Shown: positions 29,808-40,151 of the stretch, piece after piece
Numbering within the stretch: position 1 is the first letter of the stretch
How the letters are laid out: each line of letters opens with the position of its first letter
NCBI GenBank assembly: GCA_027036135.1
Contig: JALVSY010000007.1
Span: 484,880-548,879 of the forward strand
DNA length: 64,000 bases
DNA from: Pyrodictiaceae archaeon
Lineage (GTDB): Archaea > Thermoproteota > Thermoprotei_A > Sulfolobales > Pyrodictiaceae
Reading direction: 5' to 3'
The notes under the pieces: generated by a model
What the model was told of the DNA's origin: nothing
Seen by the model: only the letters and a program-made list of their open reading frames with translations
The model's database searches: none
Translations under genes and position numbers: made by a program

Positions 29808-31181
29808 CACTTGTGTTATTATCTTGTCTAGCTCTGGGTGCCTCGCTGACCTAAGATGCCTCAGTAGTAGCTCGCGTAGCCTTTGCGCTATCTCCCTCTC
29901 CTCCTCTACGAGGTTTTGTTTTTCTCCCGGATCCCTGTCTATTTTGAAGAGCTCTCTTTGATCATGGTGCTTTGCGCCGCACCGAGGACATTTCTCTGGC
30001 CGATTGTGCATGAAACTTTCAATATACTTCCATGATCCAGCGATTATGCCGAAAAGCGTATCTAGCCCTGGCTTATCGGCCACCATCCCGAAGTAAAGAA
30101 CTCGGTTCCCATCCATGTCGGGGGCATTGGGCAATGAAAGGTCTAAGCCGTCCCATCTCCTAGAAAGCCTTCTATATAGCTCCTCGTCTATTGCACCAGA
30201 TACACGTAGGATGCCGAAAATTGTTGGCGCGACATCAACTAGTGAGACGCGATTAAGCATGATTGGTTCCTCTCTCCCTGCAGGTTTTATAGCAAGGAAG
30301 GATCTAATTACCTCCTCGTGTACTGTGTGGTGATCGAAGAAGGCGCCGTGTTCTCCTAGCGACTCGCCGTGATCAGAATAGATAATGATTAATGTGTCAT
30401 CGTATAGGCCCGTGTCACGTAACTTGTCTATGAAGAGGCGAAGCGCCTCTCCGACGCTGCATGCTGCTGCCTGGTACCTTTCAATAATGTCTTCGATTGT
30501 GTGGGCTCCCCAGGCTACTAGGTCGCGTAAGTAGCGCCTCCACTGCTCATCTATTACTTTCTCGAGGAGAACCGAGAGCGGTGTACCGGGCCGGCGTTTA
30601 GGGCTACAATGGGTTACGAGATAAGGTGTATGTGTGTCCCAGATATGCACAAATGCTAGGAATGGTTTCTTCGCCCCCTTTAGGCCACGCAATACTTGAC
30701 CAAGAATGGTGATAACGGGAGGATAAGGTGTCGGAGGATTTCGGAAAAATGCATGAGCTATCTTTCGCGAAGCCCGTAGCGCGGCGTGCTTTGCAACGTA
30801 ACTAAGCTTTATCAATCCGTGGCGCAGGGCTGGCAGCTCTATGTATCTTTTGAAGCCTCTACGATGCCAACGTCCAAGAATATCATAGGCCATTGTCTCG
30901 TAGCCATTAGAGGCAAGCACTTCGGGTAGCCAATTATCCCTTGTCCTAAGCCTAAGTAACATTGTCTCGGTTCCTGTAACCCATGGTCCATGGCGTAGGA
31001 TGCCGTGCCTTACCGGGTACATGCCAGTAAAAACCGTTGTAACTACGGGATCCGTTCCGTAGAGAGGTGTGTAGACCTCTTTGTAGACTAGCCAGTCAGA
31101 GCCAAGTGCACTAGAAACGTATCGGGCATAGTCGCTTCGTAACGCATCTATGTGAATAATCAATATATTGGGTCTAGCCAT
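29802..31181 (-). CDS. sulfatase-like AlkP superfamily protein
   Basis: PNILIIHIDALRSD, TDPVVTTVFTG (no CxPxR), WDTHTPY, SDHGE, DPGEKQNL. Confidence 0.85.
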   Translation of the reverse strand: MARPNILIIHIDALRSDYARYVSSALGSDWLVYKEVYTPLYGTDPVVTTVFTGMYPVRHGILRHGPWVTGTETMLLRLRTRDNWLPEVLASNGYETMAYDILGRWHRRGFKRYIELPALRHGLIKLSYVAKHAALRASRKIAHAFFRNPPTPYPPVITILGQVLRGLKGAKKPFLAFVHIWDTHTPYLVTHCSPKRRPGTPLSVLLEKVIDEQWRRYLRDLVAWGAHTIEDIIERYQAAACSVGEALRLFIDKLRDTGLYDDTLIIIYSDHGESLGEHGAFFDHHTVHEEVIRSFLAIKPAGREEPIMLNRVSLVDVAPTIFGILRVSGAIDEELYRRLSRRWDGLDLSLPNAPDMDGNRVLYFGMVADKPGLDTLFGIIAGSWKYIESFMHNRPEKCPRCGAKHHDQRELFKIDRDPGEKQNLVEEEREIAQRLRELLLRHLRSARHPELDKIITQVL

Positions 31182-31495
31182 ATCTTACCCCATTAATCGT
31201 GTCGTATTATCCAAAACATAGCACTTGACTACGTGCCTTCCTTAATATGAGTTGAGTACCTGTAGCTATGTAGCAACGAGCCTAGTATAGTTACGACGGA
31301 GGATATACGAGAGAGGCACTTGCTCCGCCTAGCTATGGCTTAATTAAGGCAATGATTCAATCAAGTCCAGCATGAGGTATCTTTGTTACTAGTGATATTA
31401 GATCCATCATGAAGCTCGCTTTATATTGTGAAATATCCCACCTTAACTATAATGTTGATGACCATGTGACCATGTTGGCCACCTCATCGTCTGCA

Positions 31496-32080
31496 TTATT
31501 GTTTTCTTAGCTCTGCGTATAGCTTGTATAGCTCGTCTATTCTCTTATTTGTCCCGTCAATTCTCTTGTTTATTTCCTCTATCTTGACTAGCAGGGTTTC
31601 TTGAACTCTATCAATCCTCCTATTAGTCTCCTCAATCTTGGCTAGCAAGGCTTCTTGTACCTTGTCGATTCTCCTATTAGTATCGTCTATTCTTCGGTTA
31701 GTCTCCTCGATCTTTGCTAGTAGGGTGGCTTGGACGGAATTTATTCTTGCTGATAGAGTTTCTTGTACCTTGTCTATTCGTTTATTTGTTTCCTCTATCT
31801 TGGCCGATAGCGTCTCATGTACCTTGTCTATTCTCTTGTTAGTCTCATCTATTCTCTTGTTTGTTTCATCTATTCTCTTATTGGTTTCCTTTATTTCGTC
31901 TCCTAGCTCTCTCCTTGTCTCCCGTATCTCTTCCCTTAGCTCCCGTGTCTCCTTATGGGTTAGGTCTAGGTAGAGGAGCAGAATATCCTCTGTGCTAAGC
32001 TTTTGCTTCTTCTCAAGCTTCTCTAGAATCCTCTTAGAAACCTGGCTAAGCACAGTAGACAATACCGCTTCCTCGGCCAA
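31496..32080 (-). CDS. paREP15-like coiled-coil repeat protein, copy 1
   Basis: KLSTEDILLLYLD head then RIDETNK repeats; start set at the TTG GCC GAG shared by all three copies. Confidence 0.8.
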   Translation of the reverse strand: MAEEAVLSTVLSQVSKRILEKLEKKQKLSTEDILLLYLDLTHKETRELREEIRETRRELGDEIKETNKRIDETNKRIDETNKRIDKVHETLSAKIEETNKRIDKVQETLSARINSVQATLLAKIEETNRRIDDTNRRIDKVQEALLAKIEETNRRIDRVQETLLVKIEEINKRIDGTNKRIDELYKLYAELRKQ

Positions 32081-32319
32081 GCGCCTTGCCCCGGGGGTAC
32101 CTATTAGTTGTAGGACCATAATTACTTTATTAGGGGATGCCTCGGCTGGCTTAGGGTTTTTCGTTTTCCTCGGCGGCTCCGAGGGTGTGGTTCCCTAGTG
32201 CTGTTCCTGGCTTTTCTTCCTGGTTCCTGGCTGTGTTCCTGGAGCGGCTGCACGGTGATGGCTGGGCACTATTTTCTACCTCCCGGGTGTTCACCCTAGG
32301 TGGCAGGGGTGGTTCTTGT

Positions 32320-33399
32320 TTGAGGGGTGTCTTGCTTCATGGGGGGCTTGGTACCCGGTTGAGGCCTTTGACTCATACTGGTCCTAAGCAGCTTATCCGT
32401 GTCGCTGGTAAGCCGGTTTCTCAGTGGGTGTTGGAGGATCTCCGTGACGCTGGTGTAAGGGAGATAGGAGTGGTTCTTGGCACAGTGTCTCCTCTCCGTG
32501 TCGTGGAGTACTATGGTGATGGCTCGTGGCTAGGGGTTGAGCTGACCTATATTTATCAAGGATACCCGTATGGCTTGGCTCACGCCGTTTATCTTGCCAG
32601 GGACTTTGTCGGGGATGAGCCCTTCGTGGTGTATCTCGGCGATAATATCCTGGCTGGTGGTATCAGGGAGTACGTGGAGAGGTTCTTGGAGAGCGGCGCC
32701 GACGCCATGGTCTTGCTCGCGGAGGTTGAGGACCCGCGGCGCTTCGGGGTAGCAAAGTTCGATGAAGGGGGCCGTCTCGTTGGGCTTGTCGAGAAGCCCC
32801 GTGTACCGCCGAGCAACTACGCGCTCGTCGGGGTCTACATGTTCCGCCCACCCCATATCTTCCGAGCTATTGAGGGCCTTAGGCCTAGTTGGCGCGGGGA
32901 GCTCGAGATAACCGATGCTATCCAGCGCCTCATTGACTGGGGCCTAAGGGTAGACTACGCCGTCGTGGAGGGGTGGTGGAAGGACACAGGGACTCCCGGT
33001 GACATTCTCGAGGCTAACCGGTTGCTCCTCGACGAGAAGATACCCGGGGCCCGTCTAGAGGGCGTGGTGGAGCCCGGTGCCCGTGTAGAGGGGAGAGTGG
33101 TTGTCGAGGAGGGTGCCCGTGTAGAGAGTGGCGCGGTTGTCCGTGGCCCCGCCTATATTGGCCGGGGGAGCAGGGTTGGGCCGGGCACCTACGTGGGGCC
33201 TTACACGAGTCTGGGCTGGAACACCGTGCTCGAGAACGTGGAGATAGAGAACAGTGTGGTAATGGATGGCGCTAGGCTGGTCAACGCTGGCCGCGTCGTG
33301 GATAGCCTCGTGGGAGCCGAGGCAGAGATAGCCACGAGCACCGGGCTGCCGAGCGGTCACCGGTTCATAGTCGGCGAGAAGGCGAGGATAAGGCTCTAG
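32320..33399 (+). CDS. rmlA: glucose-1-phosphate thymidylyltransferase (long form)
   Basis: GGLGTRLRPLTHTGPKQL, YLGDN, EKP, RGELEITD, WWKDTG, hexapeptide-type tail. Confidence 0.93.
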   Translation: MRGVLLHGGLGTRLRPLTHTGPKQLIRVAGKPVSQWVLEDLRDAGVREIGVVLGTVSPLRVVEYYGDGSWLGVELTYIYQGYPYGLAHAVYLARDFVGDEPFVVYLGDNILAGGIREYVERFLESGADAMVLLAEVEDPRRFGVAKFDEGGRLVGLVEKPRVPPSNYALVGVYMFRPPHIFRAIEGLRPSWRGELEITDAIQRLIDWGLRVDYAVVEGWWKDTGTPGDILEANRLLLDEKIPGARLEGVVEPGARVEGRVVVEEGARVESGAVVRGPAYIGRGSRVGPGTYVGPYTSLGWNTVLENVEIENSVVMDGARLVNAGRVVDSLVGAEAEIATSTGLPSGHRFIVGEKARIRL

Positions 33400-33415
33400 G
33401 AGGGCATGGGTAGCC

Positions 33416-34432
33416 GTGAGGGTGCTGGTTGCTGGCGGCGCGGGGTTCATGGGTAGCAACTTTGTCCGCTACCTCCTAGGGCGCTACCCGGACGCCGAGG
33501 TACTGGTCTATGATAAGCTTACGTATGCTGGCCGCCTGGATAACCTAAGGGACGTGTACTGGGACAAGAGGTTCAGGTTCGTCCTCGGAGACATTGGTGA
33601 CGAGGAGCGACTAATGGAGGTTATAAAGAGCTTTGAACCGGACGTGATAGTTAACTTCGCGGGCGAGACCCACGTAGACCGGAGCATCAATGAGCCAGCC
33701 CCCTTCCTGGAAACCAATGTTGTTGGCGTGTTCCACCTACTCGAGGTTGCTAGGAGGCTCGAGGTGCCCCGCCTAGTACATATAAGCACCGACGAGGTCT
33801 ACGGCGACCGATGGAACCTCCCCCCGGCCAGTGAGGATGATTGTTTCAGGCCGAGTAGCCCCTACTCTGCTAGCAAGGCCTCCGGGGACCTACTATGCCA
33901 AGCTTATTGGAGAACCTATAGACTACCAGTAATTATTCTACGGCCCTCTAACAACTATGGCCCATACCAGTACCCGGAGAAGCTCATACCACGGACAATT
34001 ATCCGCGCACTACACGACAAACCGATACCGCTCTACGGCGGGGGATGGCAGAAACGGGACTGGCTATACGTAATGGACTTCGCGGAGGCCCTGGATACTG
34101 TTATGAGGCGGGGCTCCCCGGGGGAGGCCTACAACGTGCCAGGCTTCAACGAGAAGACCAACCTGGAGGTCGTGAGGGACATACTGAGGCTCATGGGCAA
34201 GCCAGAGACACTGATAAAGACGGTGGAGGATAGGCCTGGTCATGACCGCCGCTACGCAATGAGGGGCGAGAAGATACTCTCCCTGGGCTGGCGCCCAAAG
34301 ACACCGTGGCACAAGGGACTAAGGGAGACCATTGAGTGGTACCTGGGGAATGAGTGGTGGTGGCGCCCCCTCCTAGGCGACGAGTTCTTCGCCGAGGACA
34401 CGCCCTGGGAAACGAGGCGACAAAACGGCTAG
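33416..34432 (+). CDS. rmlB: dTDP-glucose 4,6-dehydratase
   Basis: GGAGFMGSN, DKLTYAG, THVDRSI, STDEVYG, YSASK, DRPGHDRRY. Confidence 0.96.
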   Translation: MRVLVAGGAGFMGSNFVRYLLGRYPDAEVLVYDKLTYAGRLDNLRDVYWDKRFRFVLGDIGDEERLMEVIKSFEPDVIVNFAGETHVDRSINEPAPFLETNVVGVFHLLEVARRLEVPRLVHISTDEVYGDRWNLPPASEDDCFRPSSPYSASKASGDLLCQAYWRTYRLPVIILRPSNNYGPYQYPEKLIPRTIIRALHDKPIPLYGGGWQKRDWLYVMDFAEALDTVMRRGSPGEAYNVPGFNEKTNLEVVRDILRLMGKPETLIKTVEDRPGHDRRYAMRGEKILSLGWRPKTPWHKGLRETIEWYLGNEWWWRPLLGDEFFAEDTPWETRRQNG

Positions 34433-34444
34433 GAGGTGTAACCC

Positions 34445-35347
34445 GTGGCGCGCGTACTCCTGACCGGAGCCGGGGGCCTCCTCGGCCAGAAACTGGTAAA
34501 GGTACTAGCGGATAGGGGCCACGAGGTAGTAGCTGTTTACCGTGTCCACGAGCCCCCAGCGGCCCAAGGCGTTAAGCCGGTTAGGCTGGACGTGACTGAC
34601 TGGGTTAGGCTAGAAGACCTAGTGCTAAAGACCCGGCCAGGCACAATAATACATGCAGCGGCCTACACTGATGTGGATGGCTGCGAGAAGGACAAGCAAT
34701 GGGCGTGGAGAGTAAACGTCGCCGCCACTAGGAGCATAGTAAGGGCAGCAAGGGTCGTCAACGCGCACCTAGTCTACGTCTCCACTGACTACGTGTTTGA
34801 CGGCGAGAAGGGGATGTACAGGGAAACCGATACACCGAGCCCCGTGAACTACTACGGGTTAACAAAGCTCGTAGCAGAGGAGCTTGTGAGGAGCAGCGAG
34901 CTACTATACACAATCGTTAGGCCGAGCGCGATATACGGTATAGGGGGCTCCAAGAAGAGCTTCGCCGAGTACGTAGCAGAAAAACTAGCCCAAGGGGAAC
35001 AAGTCAAGGCACTCACAGACCAATACGTGTCACCGACCCACAACGAGCTATTAGCGGAGGCCCTAGCCGAGATAATAGAGCTCAAGCCACTAGGCACGCT
35101 CCACGTAGCAGGCCCCAGGATGAACCGATACGAGTTCGCCAAGAAAATAGCAGAGACACTAGGCCTACCAACAAGCCTAGTAAAGCCAGCAACCATGGAG
35201 GAGATGCAGGGGAGATGGGTAGCGAGGAGACCCAGGGACTCAAGCCTAGACACGGGCAAGGCGCAAAACCTACTAGAGACACCTTTCAGCGACATAGACG
35301 AGGCAATGAAGAGACTAAAGAGAGACTGGGAGAACAAGGGTAGGTAG
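34445..35347 (+). CDS. rmlD: dTDP-4-dehydrorhamnose reductase
   Basis: GAGGLLG, AAYTDVDGCE, STDYVFDG, YGLTK. Confidence 0.95.
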   Translation: MARVLLTGAGGLLGQKLVKVLADRGHEVVAVYRVHEPPAAQGVKPVRLDVTDWVRLEDLVLKTRPGTIIHAAAYTDVDGCEKDKQWAWRVNVAATRSIVRAARVVNAHLVYVSTDYVFDGEKGMYRETDTPSPVNYYGLTKLVAEELVRSSELLYTIVRPSAIYGIGGSKKSFAEYVAEKLAQGEQVKALTDQYVSPTHNELLAEALAEIIELKPLGTLHVAGPRMNRYEFAKKIAETLGLPTSLVKPATMEEMQGRWVARRPRDSSLDTGKAQNLLETPFSDIDEAMKRLKRDWENKGR

Positions 35348-35349
35348 CG

Positions 35350-35904
35350 ATGCCCTTCGAGTTCCAGAGACTAGAGATACCCGACGTAGTACTGGTAAAG
35401 ATAAAGATGTTTAGCGACGAGCGCGGCTTCTTCGCGGAGCTCTACAAGAGAACACCGTTCCTAGCCAGCGGCATACCCTATGACTTCGTCCAGGTCAACC
35501 TCTCCTACTCCAGGCGGGGCGTGGTTCGGGGGCTTCACTACCAGCTCAAGCCCCACGAGCAGGGCAAACTAGTGTATGTTCTACGGGGCCGGGTAGTGGA
35601 CGTGGCCCTCGACATTAGGAAGGGGAGCCCCTGGTACGGGCGACACGTCATGGTTGAGCTTACGCCGGGTACTGGTCTCTGGGTTCCGCCGGGCTTCGCG
35701 CACGGGTTCCAGGCGCTCGAGGACACGTTGTTCCTCTACCTAGTAACCAAGGAGTATAACAGGGAGGCGGAGAGGTGCATACGCTGGGACGACCCAGGGC
35801 TAGGAATACAGTGGCCCATCAGAGACAACGTGGTGATCAGCGACAAGGACAAACAATGCCCAGGGTTCAGGGAGGCGGAGACAAACTTCGAGTACCCAAT
35901 ATAA
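35350..35904 (+). CDS. rmlC: dTDP-4-dehydrorhamnose 3,5-epimerase
   Basis: DERGFF, RGLHYQ, QGKLV, PGFAHGF, SDKD. Confidence 0.96.
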   Translation: MPFEFQRLEIPDVVLVKIKMFSDERGFFAELYKRTPFLASGIPYDFVQVNLSYSRRGVVRGLHYQLKPHEQGKLVYVLRGRVVDVALDIRKGSPWYGRHVMVELTPGTGLWVPPGFAHGFQALEDTLFLYLVTKEYNREAERCIRWDDPGLGIQWPIRDNVVISDKDKQCPGFREAETNFEYPI

Positions 35905-36316
35905 ACAGTGATACGCGGAACTATGAGACATGCCTTTGGCTAGGCAACTACTCCTCGCCGAGGGTATGGGTTAGCGATTCCCCAAGGGAGCCTATGCTGG
36001 CCAGGGATCAGGGCTTTTTCCCGGGCACTGGCCAGGGCCTAGGCGCGTTATAGCAACGTCTCGCTGTAAAGGATGGTCTCCCCAAGGGTTGGTGCCTAGG
36101 CGTGGAGGCCGTGCTCGGCGGTGGTCTTACTAGCCCGGGGTTGAGCCATAAACCGGGCCGGGGATAGCCACTATGCAGCGCACAGAGTCAATAGGCTCTC
36201 CTCGAGGAGCCCCTGGGCCTCTATGTGTGATTTGGCCAGCGCTCTACAAGTAGGGAGACACTGAGTCACCACACCCTCTCCGCTACGCATCAATTATAGG
36301 TTATAATTTAGTGTTT

Positions 36317-36955
36317 TTACCGCCCTCTTAGCTCTGCGTATAGCTTGTATAGCTCGTCTATTCTCTTATTTGTTTCCTCGATCTTAGCAAGTAGTGTTTC
36401 CTGAACCCTATCAATCCTCCTATTTGTCTCTTCTATTTTTGCTAGTAATGCTTCCCGTACATGATCTATCCTAGCCGATAGAGACGTCTGTATAGAATCT
36501 ATCCTCTTGTTTGTCTCATCTATTCTCTTATTGGTCTCCTCTATTTTTGTTAATAGTGTTTCTTGTACTTTGTCTATTCTTTTATTGGTTTCATCTATGC
36601 GTTTATTTATCTCCTCTATTTTGGCCAAGAGGGTCTCTTGTACGCGGTCTATCCTCTTATTGGTATCGTCTATGCGCTTATTTGATTCATCTATTTTAGC
36701 CAATAATGTCTCCTGCACGTTACCAATTCTCTTGTTCGTCTCGTCGATGCGTTTGTTCGTCTCATCTATTCTCCTATTGACCTCTCTGATCTCTTCCCTT
36801 AGCTCTCTCCTTGTCTCCCTTATCTCCCTATGGGTGAGATCAAGGTACAATAATATCAGATCTTCTGTGCTGAGCTTCTTCCCCTTCTCCAGCTTCTCCA
36901 ATATCTTCTTAGAGACCTGGCTAAGAACAGAAGACAATACAGCCTCCTCGGCCAA
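36317..36955 (-). CDS. paREP15-like coiled-coil repeat protein, copy 2
   Basis: Same head and RIDELYKLYAELR tail as copy 1, with more repeat units. Confidence 0.8.
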   Translation of the reverse strand: MAEEAVLSSVLSQVSKKILEKLEKGKKLSTEDLILLYLDLTHREIRETRRELREEIREVNRRIDETNKRIDETNKRIGNVQETLLAKIDESNKRIDDTNKRIDRVQETLLAKIEEINKRIDETNKRIDKVQETLLTKIEETNKRIDETNKRIDSIQTSLSARIDHVREALLAKIEETNRRIDRVQETLLAKIEETNKRIDELYKLYAELRGR

Positions 36956-37520
36956 AGCCCAGAACCCCGGATACCCTCTTCACTCCCTAAGCCAGGCAAT
37001 ATAGCTACCCCGCGAGGCCCCCTCTCCGGCACAAGTAACCAGGGAAAAGAAGACTGCACTACAGAAGGCACAGGGAAGCACTGCCCTAGTAGAACTGAAC
37101 CCCGGTCTCTTCCTGAGCAATATATGGTAGCAAGCGACGCTATTCCCGAGGCAGGGAACCAAGTACAGCGTATAGAGACGCGACACGGCAGTTACATGAT
37201 GCGTATAGAGAAACGAATAGTGACCCGCTGGAACAGTGCCTCATAATCACCCCGAGAGGCGTGTAATGAGCAAGAACCAGGAGAAGCAATACCAGCGCGC
37301 AAGGGAGAAGAGATGGTCCCCGTCTCTAGGAGCTTTCTTAACTCAGAGAGTACAAGGAGCGATCCTAGTGAGATGCCTCTACTTAGGCGGCAAAAATGCA
37401 GGAGTGTCTCATCCAGATATTAGATAGCATAAACGCGGTAAAGGTTGTCCTGGTTGTGTTTGCTAGAAGTCTCATAGTGTAGACTAGGTTTTAATAATCA
37501 TTAAATAGATCTGGGTACAT

Positions 37521-37886
37521 GTGGGTAAACTGCGCAACGTTTTGCTCACAGCACAAGTAGCTTTGGCTCCCTCTGTGCCTGAGAGGTACTTGGCTCCCAT
37601 TAAGGTGTATTGGGGAAGGAAGCTCGCGATGTCCGTCGCTTTGGAGTTTAACCCTGTGACGATAATTAATAGGGCTGTCGACGAGTTACCTAAAGCTATT
37701 GATGCAGGAGCTGAAGTTTACCGGGTTCTCGAGAAGGGTACTAGGCGGCTTAGGAGCTTCTACGAGCTATTGGTCGGTGGAGCTGATATAGAGGCTGTTG
37801 CCGGCAAGGCCCAGGCACTGAGGCGGGATGAGCTTAGCCGCCTACTCCGCACCGAGATACACCTGCTCTCCGCAGAGCCGGGATGA
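37521..37886 (+). CDS. hypothetical protein
   Basis: ORF after AT-rich TATA-like segment; ATGA overlap with next ORF. Confidence 0.5.
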   Translation: MGKLRNVLLTAQVALAPSVPERYLAPIKVYWGRKLAMSVALEFNPVTIINRAVDELPKAIDAGAEVYRVLEKGTRRLRSFYELLVGGADIEAVAGKAQALRRDELSRLLRTEIHLLSAEPG

Positions 37887-38314
37887 CGAGAATAGTTCAG
37901 AGGCTTGCGGGTAGACAAGCAGTAGCGACGCTGCAAAGGCTCCTATGGAGCGCTACTAGAATCCTACACCTAGCCTACCTCGCTACCGGGAGAAGCGATG
38001 CGAGAGACACGGCAATGCTGCTCTACTCCCTCGAGAAAGTAGCGGGGAGAGAGATGGTCGAGAGGCTTGGCTACTTACTCGCATCAGCTACTCTGATGAC
38101 CCGCGGGAGGAGAGAGGAGGCACTAGCACTGGCAGCATACGCTACCAGAGACCTACTAGTCACCGCGCCCAAGTCGCCGCTGAGAAACACAGAGGCCTGG
38201 AGGAGTGCTCTCCAATTAACATACCTGCTTGAGGTGGGCAGCGACGTGGATGGAAGACTCCTCGAGACGTGGGGCCTCGGCAGGGCCCTAGAACAAGTCT
38301 ACATGGAGGGCTAA
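37883..38314 (+). CDS. hypothetical helical protein
   Basis: Coupled ORF with host-like codon usage. Confidence 0.5.
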   Translation: MTRIVQRLAGRQAVATLQRLLWSATRILHLAYLATGRSDARDTAMLLYSLEKVAGREMVERLGYLLASATLMTRGRREEALALAAYATRDLLVTAPKSPLRNTEAWRSALQLTYLLEVGSDVDGRLLETWGLGRALEQVYMEG

Positions 38315-38994
38315 GGGGGGCAACCGTAGAAGAGACGCTAAGAGTACTCATAGACACTAATATCCTGGCCCACATTTTCGCCAAGGGCTCGGGTAGGCTT
38401 AGCTTCTGGGCTAGAGCCCTCCTAGTAAGAGAACTCCTTGGGAGAAACGACACGATTATTGTGGTATACGAGGAACAAGTAGAGTACGAGATAAGGCGTG
38501 CACTAGACAACATGATAGTAACCGGTGCTATAACAGTTGAGCCAAAGCTCGAAGCCATAAGGAACATTTACAGAGACTACAGTGACCTTATAAATAGCTG
38601 CGTAGAGCTCGGCAAGTGCAAGGTAGCAAAGAGACAAGAAAGCCACATCGCACGAGCGGCAAGCTTAAACAGGTAGCTAGAGGCATGTCGTCTAAGACTA
38701 AGAGGGAACATAGGCAGCGACTTAATACTAATAGCAGCGGCGGAGGAACAAGAAGCGGTAATACTGACTAGCGACGTATCCACAATGTACCGAGCCTACC
38801 GCGAATGCCTACACAAAAGAGTAAGAATACCCTCAATGTACCTACTCGAAGTAGACGAGAACACTAGGACACTGAGGTACCACGTATGTGGACAAACTAT
38901 ATCCCCGCTGGAAGAGGCCCTCAATAATACAGCCAAAAACACTAGGCATAAACCGGGACACAACAATACGAGAGTGCTAGGTGAAACAAACTAA
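38269..38994 (+). pseudogene. PIN-domain protein interrupted by an in-frame TAG
   Basis: VLIDTNIL...VEYE before TAG 38674-38676; the same frame continues SDLILIAAAEEQEAVILTSD into ORF 38785..38994. Confidence 0.7.
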
Positions 38995-39149
38995 CCGTAA
39001 ACAAGTAGACACGATTCTCCTGAAGCCTCTAGAGTAAGAGTATGTTCTTGTTAATGCACTATTATCCTATACCTATAGGTGGTATAAGGAACGTACTGCG
39101 GCTTGGGTAGGCTTATTGGTGGTTATCCGTGGCTCCCTTGATAGAGGGT

Positions 39150-39401
39150 ATGGGCTTGGGTAGTTATGTGACTGTCTCTGTGAAGGTGAGGCGGGAACTT
39201 AAGGATGAAGCTGAGAGACTGGGTATCAAGCTATCTGAGGTTCTTCGACGGGCGCTTGAGGAGGAGGTTGAGAGGCGTAGGCTGGAGATGCTTAAGAAGG
39301 AGCTTGAGGAGCTAAGCGATGCCCTAGAGAGGATAGACGTGGAGCGATTTGTGAAGTATATTAGGGAGGATAGGGAGAATGACCGAGAGGTTATTGTTTG
39401 A
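39150..39401 (+). CDS. VapB-type antitoxin
   Basis: YVTVSVKVRRELK..AERLGIKLSEVLRRALEEEV...IREDRE. Confidence 0.85.
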   Translation: MGLGSYVTVSVKVRRELKDEAERLGIKLSEVLRRALEEEVERRRLEMLKKELEELSDALERIDVERFVKYIREDRENDREVIV

Positions 39402-39790
39402 CGCCTCCTCCCTAATATACGCTCTTAAGCTTAGAAGACTAGATGTACTTCGTGATAACCATGTTCAATGGCTTACAATTTACGAGGCCTTGAACGGGCT
39501 TTGAAGGGAAGCTAGCCTAGTTAAATCAATTAGCGCTGAGAAGGCAGTGGCCCTAGCCAGGGTGTTTGGCAAGGTACTAGGACATATGAGTATTCTTAGC
39601 CCCCGCGGCCTTGAAGAGGAAATCCTAAGGACTGCACTAGAGCATGGAGTAACCGTATACGATGCATCCTATATAGTATTGGCAAGGAAAATGGCCTCAT
39701 ACTCGTAACAGAGGATAAAAAGCTAAGAAACAAAAGCAGCGGAAATAATCACTGTAAAAAGCCTAGAAGAAATCGTCAAGAAATAATAAG
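39379..39790 (+). pseudogene. VapC PIN toxin pseudogene
   Basis: LFDASSL..YEALNGL*(TGA 39502-39504)..TVYDASY, then frameshift to LVTEDKKL. Confidence 0.85.
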
Positions 39791-40103
39791 GTACTAGGTT
39801 CTTGCCAGGGTCTTAAAGAGTACAGAGACTAGTAGAGAGTATGTCATCAATGATAAGGACGTGGCAAGGACACCTCAATGCTTAGCAGCGACACGGGAAC
39901 CTGACGGCTTTAATCGCAGTTGATCTGATGCTGTTCCATATCCCTATGCCTCTAATTGCAGCGATAATTGGAGTTGTTGAAGAGTATCATCTTGTGGTTT
40001 AGGCGGTGGCTGCCTGGGAGCTGGAGGGCTTGGGAGTGATTGGTTGAGGACTTGGCGGCTTTCTTGGCTGTGGATGGGGGCTGCGTTGGTGAACTGGTGG
40101 CTG

Positions 40104-40138
40104 GTAGACCTTATATGTGGTCTACCTATAGGTGGTAT
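40104..40138 (+). promoter_or_regulatory. putative TA promoter/operator
   Basis: Inverted repeat GTAGACC-ttatatgt-GGTCTAC around a TATA-like box; TACCTATAGGTGGTAT also at 39070-39085 upstream of the first vapB. Confidence 0.5.
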
Positions 40139-40151
40139 TTTGGCGGTGGCT

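Noticed and set aside
31496-32080. Periodic DNA repeats resembling a CRISPR array
   Set aside because: Degenerate in-frame coding repeats with no unique spacers and no cas genes.
32183-37086. Weak inverted similarity between about 32183-32250 and 37020-37086
   Set aside because: Gapped, low-complexity match; not convincing as terminal inverted repeats.
38674-38676. Stop-codon recoding (pyrrolysine, selenocysteine or alternative code) as the explanation for in-frame stops
   Set aside because: The interrupting stops are a mix of TAA, TAG and TGA, several co-occur with frameshifts, and all three codons terminate intact genes here.
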